Below, one piece after another: positions 28,676 to 38,600 of a stretch of 64,000 nucleotides of DNA (within the stretch, counting starts at the first letter, position 1; each line of letters starts with the position of its first letter). The translations under genes and the position numbers were made by a program. Source of the DNA: an uncultured Aliarcobacter sp. (GTDB lineage: Bacteria > Campylobacterota > Campylobacteria > Campylobacterales > Arcobacteraceae); NCBI GenBank assembly GCA_963664305.2, contig CAXXLV010000002.1, forward strand, positions 416,001 to 480,000, given 5' to 3'. Below the pieces are notes generated by a model that saw nothing but the letters and a program-made list of their open reading frames with translations, did no database searches and was not told where the DNA came from.

Positions 28676-29212
28676 TTAAGCTTTATAATCTTCAATTTTA
28701 AAGGCGTTAAATAATATATCCGTTGCTAACATTCTTGCCCCATGGTTTAAAGCATCTAAAATATCTTTATCTTCCCAATTTAAATTTTTAAGTTCATTTA
28801 TGTCATCTTTATTTACTTTGTGGGGATTTTTCATAGAGTTAATTACAAATTTTAAAAGAGCATTTTCACTTTCATTTAGTCTTGAAGAATTTAAATTATT
28901 TTTCATTGATTCTACTTCTTCTAAACTCCATTTTGAATAATTAACCAATAAAGCAGTATTGAAATCTATACAAAAATTACACTCTTCTTTAGTTGATACA
29001 CAAATTCTAATACTTGCTAGTAGTGGCATAGATAAAGTTTTATGAGTCGAATAATATTTTATAAAATCTAATTGTTGTTTTAAAAGTTCTGGACTTGAAC
29101 TAAAAAGTTTTGCATTGTTTCCTACACTTCCTCTTAATTTTATAATTTCATTATAAATTTCAAGTAATTCACCTGTTGCTTCGTCTGTTTCATAAGTTTT
29201 AATTAATGGCAT
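28676..29212 (-). CDS. AhpD/carboxymuconolactone-decarboxylase-like peroxidase-related protein
   Basis: CNFC motif, all-helical pattern, W.D.DI.D C-terminus; AAGGA RBS. Confidence 0.75.
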   Translation of the reverse strand: MPLIKTYETDEATGELLEIYNEIIKLRGSVGNNAKLFSSSPELLKQQLDFIKYYSTHKTLSMPLLASIRICVSTKEECNFCIDFNTALLVNYSKWSLEEVESMKNNLNSSRLNESENALLKFVINSMKNPHKVNKDDINELKNLNWEDKDILDALNHGARMLATDILFNAFKIEDYKA

Positions 29213-29230
29213 TTTAAATCCTTTTTATAA

Positions 29231-29282
29231 TTGACTATTTGGTCAAGTGTCATTTTAATAAAACTTGACTGATTTGTCAAGT
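29231..29282. promoter_or_regulatory. Two TTGAC-N6-GTCAA operators, probably bound by the adjacent TetR
   Basis: TTGACtatttgGTCAA (29231-29246) and acTTGACtgatttGTCAAgt (29263-29282) in the divergent intergenic region. Confidence 0.7.
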
Positions 29283-29302
29283 CAAAAATGATATAATTCA
29301 AA

Positions 29303-29878
29303 ATGGAAAATAATACAAGAAAAAACTTAATAGATTCAGCCTTTGATGAAATCTACTCAAAGGGTTATCAAGGTGCATCACTTACAGCTATTTTAAAAAA
29401 TGCGAAAGTACATAAAGGTTCAATGTACCATTTTTTTGAGAATAAAAAAGATATGGCATTAGTTTGTATAAAAGAGAAAATTTATGAAAGATTTGTTCAA
29501 CGATATTCTTCAATATTAGCTTTACAAACAGGTTATTTAGAAGCTTTTATAAATGGCATAAAAGATACAACTCAAAGGGATTTTAAAAAGGGTTGTCCAA
29601 TAGCAAATGTGGTTCAAGAGATGTCAAATATCGATGAAGATTTTAAAGTTCTGATGGAAGAGATATATCAAACTTTTAGAAAAAACATAAAAGATATTTT
29701 AGATATTTCTATAGAAAAAAATGAGATGAAAGAGTGTGATACTACAAAATTAGCTCTTTATATAGCTTCGACTTTAGAAGGAGCTATTTTATCTGCAAAA
29801 GCAAGTGGAAATGTCCAAGATTATGTTGATGTAGTTGATATTTTATCTTCATATATAATCTCTTTTAAAAAGGTTTAA
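29303..29878 (+). CDS. TetR/AcrR family regulator (NemR/LmrA-like)
   Basis: GYQGASL..I...A.V.KGSMYHFF.NK HTH and GCPIAN. Confidence 0.92.
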   Translation: MENNTRKNLIDSAFDEIYSKGYQGASLTAILKNAKVHKGSMYHFFENKKDMALVCIKEKIYERFVQRYSSILALQTGYLEAFINGIKDTTQRDFKKGCPIANVVQEMSNIDEDFKVLMEEIYQTFRKNIKDILDISIEKNEMKECDTTKLALYIASTLEGAILSAKASGNVQDYVDVVDILSSYIISFKKV

Positions 29879-29879
29879 A

Positions 29880-30500
29880 ATGAATATGAAAAAACTAAAG
29901 GATATGGAAGAAGAGTTTTTGACTTTTTATCCAACAGGTTTTGAAGATGCAAAATTTTTCCCAACTATGAAAAAATTTGACCCTTTAAAACTTGAAGAGT
30001 TTACAAAAGAAAATTTAAAAAAAGAGAACTTTTCAAACCCAAATTTGGTAGTTCAATCTTTTTTTCAAATTATTCAAAAGTCTGTTTTGGTTTCACTCTT
30101 TGATAAACTAAAGTTTAGAGATATGTTAGCAAATCTGACTTCTTATGAAAAAGATATGTTAAGTATAGAGCTTTTTGAACTAATACACGGAAATCAAAAA
30201 AATGGATTTGAGGGAATAGTTGATTTTTTAAGCCAATACAATCTTGCAAAATGGACGATAATCTCTGTTGTTTTATATTATAACGATAGACAAAAAGAGT
30301 ATTTTATCAAACCAACAACTACAAAAAATGTACTTAAATATTTTGAAATAAAAGATTTAGTTTATAAACCAACTCCTAGTTTTGAGTTTTATGATGCTTA
30401 TAAAAAAGTTTTAAATGAGATGAAAAAAAACGTAGATAAATCTGTGAGTTTTGATAATGCAGCATTTACTGGATTTTTACGAATAGGAATGGAAGATTGA
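29880..30500 (+). CDS. Hypothetical protein
   Basis: 206-aa ORF tightly packed between the tetR and crp-like genes; no motif recognised. Confidence 0.75.
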   Translation: MNMKKLKDMEEEFLTFYPTGFEDAKFFPTMKKFDPLKLEEFTKENLKKENFSNPNLVVQSFFQIIQKSVLVSLFDKLKFRDMLANLTSYEKDMLSIELFELIHGNQKNGFEGIVDFLSQYNLAKWTIISVVLYYNDRQKEYFIKPTTTKNVLKYFEIKDLVYKPTPSFEFYDAYKKVLNEMKKNVDKSVSFDNAAFTGFLRIGMED

Positions 30501-30504
30501 TTTT

Positions 30505-31095
30505 ATGAATGAATTGTATTACGAACAATTTAGAAATGTGTGTAAACAATATTATGATTTTGATGATGAGAATTTTGAAAGATTAAAAAATATCACTTTT
30601 TTAAAAGAGGTAAAAAAAGCAGAAATTTTACTTGACAATTATTCAAAAGCAAAATACATCTATTTTATTTGTAAAGGTATTTTACGAACTTATTATTTAG
30701 GTGAAAATGGAGAGATTTATACTAAAAATCTTTTTAGTGAAAACTATTTTTCTGCTTCAAAGGTTTCACTTATTACAAAAGAAGATTCTTACTTAAATAT
30801 CGAAGCTTTAGAGGATAGTGTACTTATTTTCATTGATTTTGAAAAGTACAAAGAGTTGATAGATAAATATAATGAATTTAAGATTTTTTATATAAATTAT
30901 TTAGAAAAAAATTGGGTAATAGTAAAAGAAAAAAATGAGATATCGTTGATTCTTGATGATGCAACAACAAGATATGAAAACTTTATAAAAAACAATCCAA
31001 ATATAGAAAATAGAATTGCTCAACATCATATTGCAAATCATTTGGGTATAACTCCAACTCAGTTGAGTCGGATTAGAAAAAAGTTAAATAAATAA
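30505..31095 (+). CDS. Crp/Fnr family transcriptional regulator
   Basis: cNMP-binding beta-roll (IYFICKGILR...IEALED) and C-terminal IANHLGITPTQLSRIR HTH. Confidence 0.9.
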   Translation: MNELYYEQFRNVCKQYYDFDDENFERLKNITFLKEVKKAEILLDNYSKAKYIYFICKGILRTYYLGENGEIYTKNLFSENYFSASKVSLITKEDSYLNIEALEDSVLIFIDFEKYKELIDKYNEFKIFYINYLEKNWVIVKEKNEISLILDDATTRYENFIKNNPNIENRIAQHHIANHLGITPTQLSRIRKKLNK

Positions 31096-31097
31096 AA

Positions 31098-32453
31098 CTA
31101 AATTATATTTTTTACAAATTGCATCCAATAATATTGTAATGGAAATAGAAAAATTATAGTAATAACTGCAAGTAGTAATAAAAACTTTATAGCTTGTGTT
31201 TGTTTGATATTTGCCAAAGCCAAACCAATAATTATTGGTGGAGATTGGTAAGGTAAAAATAGAGTAGAAAAAGCTGATACTTCCATCATAATCACCTCAT
31301 TTAAACTAAAACTACTTATTGAACTTATATGCTCAGCCATTGGAGTGAAAATAGCAGGAATAGATGGTTGAGTTATAAAAATACCTGTAAATGACATAAA
31401 TGAACTAATAATTATTTGATTTAAAACTTCATAATTTGTAGGTTTATATAGATTTATTATTGATGTTAAAATCTCTTTAATATAATCATTTGTTGCAACA
31501 ATATTTCCAAAACTAATAATAGCTGCAACTAAAAGTAAAGAAGCAAAATTTATACTATTTACATCTTTTGTTTTTATGATATTTATTGTTGGATTTGCTA
31601 AAAATAAAACACCTACCATTGCAATCACACTTGCTGAAATGCCATGTATAAAATCTGTTGCCCAAAAAAGAATCATTGTAAAAGTAGTGTAGATTACTAT
31701 TTTTTCATCTTTTGATAAAAGATTTTTTTCACTTTTGTAAAAAAAGTTTTTAGGAGTATCATTGTACATGAAATATAGTAGTGCAACAAGAATTAAGTTT
31801 TTTATGAAACCTAAAACAAAAAAATTAGCAACTAAATAGTGTGAATATAAAAGTTCAAAACCATAAATTTCATATGTTAATCCACTTAATATCATATTTG
31901 GAACATTTGCTGGCAAGATTGTAAATGCTGGTATTACTGTTGAAAAGATAAAAGCTAACATTATTCCAGTATAACCTTTGTCTTTTTCTTTAAAACCAAA
32001 ATTTTTAGCAACAATCATAGCAATTGGAATTAAAAGTACAGTTCTTCCTAAACTTGAGGGCATAACAAAACTAAATAATAAAGAAAAAATATTAATAAAA
32101 ATCAAAATATTTAGATAAGAGGGATTTTTTATCAAAGAAAAAAGTGTAGAAAATCTTTCACTTAAATTTACATTTTTTATTGCACTTGCTATTAACATAC
32201 CTGCGAATACAAGCCAAAAAGCAGAAGATGAAAATCCTGAAAAAATAATATCTTTGCTGCTTAAAGAGAATATCAAACAAGTAAATAAAAAGATAAGAGA
32301 TGTTTGGTAATTTGGTATTATAGAAGTTGCCCAAAAAATAATTGTAGTTGTAAGTAATGAGATTAAAATCAGATTTTTAGTATCAACTATAAAATTTGAA
32401 GCAATAAAATAAATAAAAATAGGAATAATAAAAAATAAAATATTTTTAATCAA
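31098..32453 (-). CDS. SLC13/ArsB-NhaD superfamily permease
   Basis: FSGF...AFWLVF.G, MPSS.GR, LPANVPN and PYQSPP motifs; many TMs. Confidence 0.85.
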   Translation of the reverse strand: MIKNILFFIIPIFIYFIASNFIVDTKNLILISLLTTTIIFWATSIIPNYQTSLIFLFTCLIFSLSSKDIIFSGFSSSAFWLVFAGMLIASAIKNVNLSERFSTLFSLIKNPSYLNILIFINIFSLLFSFVMPSSLGRTVLLIPIAMIVAKNFGFKEKDKGYTGIMLAFIFSTVIPAFTILPANVPNMILSGLTYEIYGFELLYSHYLVANFFVLGFIKNLILVALLYFMYNDTPKNFFYKSEKNLLSKDEKIVIYTTFTMILFWATDFIHGISASVIAMVGVLFLANPTINIIKTKDVNSINFASLLLVAAIISFGNIVATNDYIKEILTSIINLYKPTNYEVLNQIIISSFMSFTGIFITQPSIPAIFTPMAEHISSISSFSLNEVIMMEVSAFSTLFLPYQSPPIIIGLALANIKQTQAIKFLLLLAVITIIFLFPLQYYWMQFVKNII

Positions 32454-32572
32454 AATTAACCTTTATGAAGCTGTGATTTTTAATTTAATATCAACATATG
32501 TAAATGATTAAAAAAGTTTATTCTACTATGATTAGATTAATTATTTATTTAATTTACATATAAAGGATTATT

Positions 32573-33454
32573 TTGACTGAAACTTTAAAAGCCCATTTTT
32601 CAGTATTATTAGCTACCTTTTTAGTTGCAGGTTCGTTTATAGCAAGTGCAAAACTTTCAGGTGTTATTGATTCTATTTCTTTGACTTTATATAGATTTGT
32701 TTTAGCAGCTATTATTTTAGCTCCACTTATTTTGATAAAAAAAGAGTATAGAAAAAAAATTATTCCAACTTTTCCAAGAGCTATGATTATAGGATTATTT
32801 TATGCTTTATATTTTATTGGAATGTTCAAAGCTTTAGAAACAACAACAGCTTTAAATACAGGAACTTTATATACTTTAGTTCCTTTGATGACAGCGATTT
32901 TATGTATATTCTTTTTTAAAGAAAAAATGAATTTAAAACAACTTTTTATATATTTTATAGGAATCCTTGGTACTTGTATAGTTGTATTCAAAGCAGATTT
33001 TGAATTGTTTTTAGGTTTTTCTTTAAATGAAGGGGATATCATATTTTTACTTGCTTCAACTTCAATGGCTTTGTATTCGATATTTTTAAAACTTCTACAT
33101 AAAAAAGGAGATATTCTTTTCGTGTTAGTTTTTACAACACTAATTGGTGGATGTTTTTGGATGTTTCTTTCTATGCAGGTTTTAAATATACCATTTGGAT
33201 GGGAAAAAATAAAAGGTGATTTGTTTTATTGGATGGCTTATTTAGTTATTGGAACAACAATTGTAACTCTATATTTATATCAAAAAAGTTCTATTATTTT
33301 AGGTCCAAAAAAATTGATGGCTTATGTATATCTAAGTCCTGCAATGGTTGCATTTTTATCTTTTATAATAGAAAAACAGACTATAAATTTTAATGTTTTT
33401 ATAGGGATTATCATATCAACATTTGCTACAATGATTCTATTAAAACAGAAGTGA
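32573..33454 (+). CDS. EamA/DMT family transporter
   Basis: About 10 TMs in two EamA-like halves; TTG start after AAGGA. Confidence 0.88.
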   Translation: MTETLKAHFSVLLATFLVAGSFIASAKLSGVIDSISLTLYRFVLAAIILAPLILIKKEYRKKIIPTFPRAMIIGLFYALYFIGMFKALETTTALNTGTLYTLVPLMTAILCIFFFKEKMNLKQLFIYFIGILGTCIVVFKADFELFLGFSLNEGDIIFLLASTSMALYSIFLKLLHKKGDILFVLVFTTLIGGCFWMFLSMQVLNIPFGWEKIKGDLFYWMAYLVIGTTIVTLYLYQKSSIILGPKKLMAYVYLSPAMVAFLSFIIEKQTINFNVFIGIIISTFATMILLKQK

Positions 33455-33463
33455 GAATATATT

Positions 33464-34288
33464 ATGAAAATACCAAATATGATTTATGGAACAGCTTGGA
33501 AAAAAGAAAATACAACTGCTTTAGTTTTTGAAGCTTTAAAACAAGGATTTAGAGCTGTTGATACAGCATGTCAACCAAGACATTATCGAGAAGATTTAGT
33601 TGGCTTTGGTTTACAAAAAGCTTATGATAATGGAGTTGTAAAAAGAGAAGATTTATTTATTCAAACAAAATTTACTCCAATTGATGGGCAAGATAAAAAT
33701 AATATGCCATATTTAGAAAGTGATGAAATAGAAATTCAAGTGGAAAAATCTTTTGAAACTTCTAAAAAAAATCTAAAGACAAATTTTATAGATGCTTATA
33801 TTTTACATTCACCAGTTTATCCTGGAAGTAAACTTCAAAAAGTCTGGCAAAAAATGGAAGAGTTTTTTGATGCTGGTGAAGTAGGGCAATTAGGAATTAG
33901 TAATTGTTATGATTTAGATGTTTTAGTTTACATTTATAACAATGCAAGAATAAAACCATCAATCGTACAAAATCGATTTTATGCTCAAAGTGGATATGAT
34001 AAAGAAATAAGAGCTTTTTGTAATCAAAATGGTATAAAATACGAGAGTTTTTGGTCTTTAACTGCAAATCCAGATATTTTGACAAGTGCGATTTTACAAA
34101 CTTTATCACAAAAATATCAACGAGGTGTTGCTGAGATTTTTTATAGATTTTTAAATCATATAAATATAACGCCTTTAAATGGTACAACGTCTACAGAACA
34201 TATGATAAATGATTTAAAAATTAGTGAGTTTGAATTAGAAAGAAATGAGATAGAAGAGATAAATAATTTATTAAACAGTAGGTTATAA
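33464..34288 (+). CDS. Aldo/keto reductase
   Basis: YGT, GFRAVDTA, Y.E, REDLFIQTK, LHSP, GISN and QN motifs. Confidence 0.9.
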   Translation: MKIPNMIYGTAWKKENTTALVFEALKQGFRAVDTACQPRHYREDLVGFGLQKAYDNGVVKREDLFIQTKFTPIDGQDKNNMPYLESDEIEIQVEKSFETSKKNLKTNFIDAYILHSPVYPGSKLQKVWQKMEEFFDAGEVGQLGISNCYDLDVLVYIYNNARIKPSIVQNRFYAQSGYDKEIRAFCNQNGIKYESFWSLTANPDILTSAILQTLSQKYQRGVAEIFYRFLNHINITPLNGTTSTEHMINDLKISEFELERNEIEEINNLLNSRL

Positions 34289-34373
34289 AGTAAACAATTT
34301 TTGATTTTTTTCTTTATAGGTTCAGATATAATAATTTTATGTAAATCTTTATAAGTTTGTAATAAGGCTAAAT

Positions 34374-37040
34374 ATGGAGAAAATTTTAGGTTTAATAAAA
34401 AATAAATTTATATTAATAATTTTATTATTTACTTTTGTTTATTCTCAAGAAAAAGTAACTCTTCAACTTAAATGGCTTCACCAATTTCAATTTGCAGGAT
34501 ATTATGTTGCAAAAGAGAAAGGTTTTTATAGTGAAGTTGGTTTAGAAGTTGAAATAAAAGAGAGAAATTTACAAGTTAATAATGTAGAACAAGTAATAAA
34601 TAATGAAGCTGAATATGGTATAGCTGATACTGCTTTATTGCTTTATAAAATGAAAGAAAAACCTGTTGTAATAGTAGCTCCAATTTTTCAACACTCTCCA
34701 AATGTTTTAATCTCTTTAAAAAGTAGTGATATTCTATCTCCCTATGATTTAGATGATAAAAATATTTCTGTTTTTGCAAACGATACTGATAGTTTGACTA
34801 TTTTAGCAATGTTAAAAAAGTTAGAAATTCAACCAAATTTTTTAGCACAAAGAGAAAATAACGATTATCAAAAATTAATAGATAAAGAGATAGATGTTAT
34901 TTCTTCATATTTAAGTAATGAACCTTTTTATTTTAAAGAAATAAATATGGATATAAATATAATTAATCCTAGAAATTATGGATTTGATTTATATGGTGAT
35001 ATTTTATTTACCAATAAAAATGAGGCTTTAAATCATCCTGAACGAGTTGAAAAATTTAAAAAAGCAACTTTAAAAGGTTGGGAATATGCATTAAATCATA
35101 AAGAAGAAGTAATAGAGCTAATTCATAAAAAATATAATAATAAAAAATCAATCGAACACCTAAAATATGAAGCAAATATAATTGCTGAGATGATTGATAA
35201 AGAAAATATTCCTCTTGGAACAATAAATGAGGGTAGATTAAAGTATATTACTGATTTATATCAAGATTTTGGGTTATTAAAAAATAGTTTAAATATAAAA
35301 GAAATTATTTTTCAAAGATTTAGAAATGATTTAGATTTAACAGCAGAAGAATTAAATTATTTAGAAAATAAAAAAGAGTTAACATATTGTATTGATCCAA
35401 ATTGGTTACCTTATGAAAAGAATTTGGAACAAAAACATGTGGGAATAACAGCTGATTATTTTAAAATTTTTCAAAAAGAGTTAGGGGTTTCTTTTCACTT
35501 TATACCTACATCTAGTTGGAGTGAAACATTATCTTTTGTAAGAGATAAAAAATGTGATATTTTATCTCTTGCCGCAGTTAATGAAGAAAGAAAAAAATTT
35601 GTAAACTTTACAAAATCTTATATACAATCTCCTTTAGTAGTTGCTACAAAAACTGATGAGATTTTTATCTCTGATATTTCAGATATAAAAGATAAAAAAG
35701 TAGGAATTGTAAAAGGATATTCTTTTATAAAATCATTAAAAGAAAAATATCCAGATATTAATATTGTAGAAGTAAAAGATATTGATGATGGACTAGAAAA
35801 AGTTAAAAACAAAGAGTTATATGGATTTATTGATACTTTAACAACTATTGCATATTCAATACAACATGAATATGCAACCCAATTAAAAATTAGTGGAAAG
35901 TTTGATGAAACATTAGATTTATCACTTGGAACAAGAATTGATGAACCAATATTAAATAGTATTTTTAATAAAGTCATAGATGGAATAACATTTGATGATA
36001 AACAAATGATTTTTAATAAATGGACATCAGTTAAAGTTGAAGAAAAAACTGATTATAAAGAAGTATTATTGTGGGTTTTGGGAACAATTTTTGTATTTGG
36101 AATAGTTTTATTTATTGTAATTGATGCAAATATGAAATTAAGTGAAGAGATAAAAAAAAGAGAAGAGGTTGAAAAAAGATTAAAAAGTTTTAATAAATTG
36201 ATTGATGAACATATCATATCTTCTTCAACTGATTTAAAAGGAAACATTACAGAAGTTTCAAGTGCTTTTTGTGAAATAAGTAAATATTCTAGAGAAGAAT
36301 TAATTGGTCAAAATCAAAATATAGTAAGACATCCTGATATGCCAAAAGAGGTTTATGAAGATTTATGGAGAACAGTTAGAGAAAATAGAGTTTGGACTGG
36401 TGAGATTAAAAATATTGCAAAAGATAAAACAGTTTATTGGGTAAATACAACAATTAGTCCTAAATTCAATGAATTTAATGAAAAAATAGGTTATGTTTCT
36501 ATTCGACATGATATTACTGATAAAAAGATCATAGAAGAGATTTCAATAATGGATGGTTTGACAAATATTTATAATAGAAGATTTTTTAATGATTTCTCAC
36601 CAAAATTTGTAAATGGTTCAAAAAGAGAAAATGATTACATATCTTTTTTAGTTATAGATGTGGATTATTTTAAACAATACAATGATACTTATGGTCATAT
36701 AATGGGTGATGAAGTTTTAAAAAAAGTAGCAGGTGTATTAAAAAATCATACTTCAAGATTGGATGATTATTGTTTTAGATTAGGTGGAGAAGAGTTTGGA
36801 ATATTATTTAAATCTAAAGATAAAAATAAAGCTTTTGAATTTTCAAAATTTATTTTAAAAGATATAGAAGAGTTAAAAATAGAACATAAAAATAGTAAAG
36901 TTAGTAGTTATATTACTGTATCTATGGGACTTTTTAGTGATTTTGCAAACAATATAAATAATATTGATGAAATGTATAAAAAAGCTGATGAGATGCTTTA
37001 TTTAGCAAAAGAATCTGGTAGAAATAGAGTGATTTGTTAA
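34374..37040 (+). CDS. Diguanylate cyclase: NMT1/THI5-like PBP, PBPb, TM, PAS and GGDEF domains
   Basis: LQLKWLHQFQFAGYY, CIDPNWLP, RHPDMP (PAS), DGLT..YNRR, DVDYFK.YND.YGH and RLGGEEF. Confidence 0.92.
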   Translation: MEKILGLIKNKFILIILLFTFVYSQEKVTLQLKWLHQFQFAGYYVAKEKGFYSEVGLEVEIKERNLQVNNVEQVINNEAEYGIADTALLLYKMKEKPVVIVAPIFQHSPNVLISLKSSDILSPYDLDDKNISVFANDTDSLTILAMLKKLEIQPNFLAQRENNDYQKLIDKEIDVISSYLSNEPFYFKEINMDINIINPRNYGFDLYGDILFTNKNEALNHPERVEKFKKATLKGWEYALNHKEEVIELIHKKYNNKKSIEHLKYEANIIAEMIDKENIPLGTINEGRLKYITDLYQDFGLLKNSLNIKEIIFQRFRNDLDLTAEELNYLENKKELTYCIDPNWLPYEKNLEQKHVGITADYFKIFQKELGVSFHFIPTSSWSETLSFVRDKKCDILSLAAVNEERKKFVNFTKSYIQSPLVVATKTDEIFISDISDIKDKKVGIVKGYSFIKSLKEKYPDINIVEVKDIDDGLEKVKNKELYGFIDTLTTIAYSIQHEYATQLKISGKFDETLDLSLGTRIDEPILNSIFNKVIDGITFDDKQMIFNKWTSVKVEEKTDYKEVLLWVLGTIFVFGIVLFIVIDANMKLSEEIKKREEVEKRLKSFNKLIDEHIISSSTDLKGNITEVSSAFCEISKYSREELIGQNQNIVRHPDMPKEVYEDLWRTVRENRVWTGEIKNIAKDKTVYWVNTTISPKFNEFNEKIGYVSIRHDITDKKIIEEISIMDGLTNIYNRRFFNDFSPKFVNGSKRENDYISFLVIDVDYFKQYNDTYGHIMGDEVLKKVAGVLKNHTSRLDDYCFRLGGEEFGILFKSKDKNKAFEFSKFILKDIEELKIEHKNSKVSSYITVSMGLFSDFANNINNIDEMYKKADEMLYLAKESGRNRVIC

Positions 37041-37104
37041 AATAAAATAACAAAAATTAAAGTTTTTTAGATAGTATAAATTTTTTTAAATTAAAGGAGA
37101 AATC

Positions 37105-37629
37105 TTGAAAAAAATAGCATTATCTATATTTTTTAGTGCAACTATGATTTTTGCACAAAACTTTACATTAAGTAGTTCAGATTTACAAGGACAATTAACA
37201 TCAAAACAAGTATTTAATGGTTTTGGATGTACTGGAGAAAATATATCTCCTGAACTTTCATGGAAAGATGCTCCAAAAGGAACTAAATCTTTTGCAGTTA
37301 CAGTTTATGATCCAGATGCACCAACTGGTTCTGGATGGTGGCATTGGGTTACTTTTGATATTTCAAAAGATAAATTTACACTTCCAACTGGTTTTGGAAA
37401 TAGTGAATCAAAAGATGTTATTCAAAGTGTAACAGATTATGGTAAAACTGGTTTTGGTGGTGCTTGTCCTCCTGTTGGAGATAAAGCTCATAGATATGTA
37501 TTTACTGTTTATGCTTTAGATATAGAAACTTTAGGATTAGATAAAAATGCAAATCCTGCACTTGTAGGATTTTATTTAAATGCTCACTCTTTGGCAAAAG
37601 CTTCTTTAATTTCATATTACGGAAGATAA
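37105..37629 (+). CDS. YbhB/YbcL (PEBP/RKIP-like) secreted protein
   Basis: Signal peptide; CTGENISP.LSW, YDPDAPTGSGWWHW, GACPP and HRY motifs. Confidence 0.92.
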   Translation: MKKIALSIFFSATMIFAQNFTLSSSDLQGQLTSKQVFNGFGCTGENISPELSWKDAPKGTKSFAVTVYDPDAPTGSGWWHWVTFDISKDKFTLPTGFGNSESKDVIQSVTDYGKTGFGGACPPVGDKAHRYVFTVYALDIETLGLDKNANPALVGFYLNAHSLAKASLISYYGR

Positions 37630-37631
37630 AA

Positions 37632-38501
37632 CTATTTAAATCTATTTTTTAGAAACTCTATCAGGGTTTCAAAAAGTAGATTTTTTGTTTTTTCTTTATG
37701 ATAAACCAAATAAAATTCTCTTTTTAATTTCAAATTTTTTAGTTTTATTTGAAATAGTTTTTTCTTTTTTAACTCTTCTTCTACAATAATTTTTGATATA
37801 GCTGTAACCGTGTCTGGATTATTTAAAACAATTTTTTTAATCTCTTCAAAATCTTGTAATTGCATAAAAATATCTAACTCTTTTGATATTTCTCCTATTT
37901 GATTTATAAATATTTCCCTTGTTCCTGAACCAATTTCTCTTAAAATCCATCTTTTTTTTATGGTATCAATAAAAGCCTCTTTTAAATAGTTCTTATCACT
38001 TGTAACTACAATCAATTCATCATCACTAAGTTTTTCTTTTATTAAACTTGAGTTTTGTGTATCAACTTCAATTAAACCAATATCAAGTTCAGATTTTAAT
38101 ATTTTTTCTATAATTTTACTTGAATTAATGGTGGAAATATCAAGTTTTACATCTTTGTATTTTGTCAAAAAATCATAATAAATATTTGGCATTATGTAGT
38201 TTGAAATAGTTCTACTTGAAGCTATTTTTATATTTCCTGCCAGTTTATTTTCTTGGAAAATAGTTTGTGCATCCATAAGTGCTAAATAGTGAGAAAGAGT
38301 CTTTTCTTTAAAATATTTTCCCTTTTCATTTAAAATTAGTTTTTTACCAATTCTGTTAAATAGTTGTTCATTTAGTGAATTTTCTAGAGATTTTATTGCT
38401 AGAGAAATAGCTGATTGACTAATATTTAATTCACTTGCTACTTGAGTAACTTGAGGATTTTCACTTAGTTTATAAAAAAAGTGTAGTTCTTTAAGGGTCA
38501 T
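37632..38501 (-). CDS. LysR-family regulator (YeiE/CysL-like)
   Basis: MTLKEL...ISQSAIS.AIKSLE HTH; S.TI.NY, D.GLIE and WILRE.GSGTR; divergent from a yeiH-like gene. Confidence 0.9.
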   Translation of the reverse strand: MTLKELHFFYKLSENPQVTQVASELNISQSAISLAIKSLENSLNEQLFNRIGKKLILNEKGKYFKEKTLSHYLALMDAQTIFQENKLAGNIKIASSRTISNYIMPNIYYDFLTKYKDVKLDISTINSSKIIEKILKSELDIGLIEVDTQNSSLIKEKLSDDELIVVTSDKNYLKEAFIDTIKKRWILREIGSGTREIFINQIGEISKELDIFMQLQDFEEIKKIVLNNPDTVTAISKIIVEEELKKKKLFQIKLKNLKLKREFYLVYHKEKTKNLLFETLIEFLKNRFK

Positions 38502-38600
38502 AATTTTCCTTATTAAAAATATTAATCATTATATTAAAATTAATATATTTTACAAATTAATAAATAGGAGTTATACTTACAAAATCAAAGGAGTTGTATT

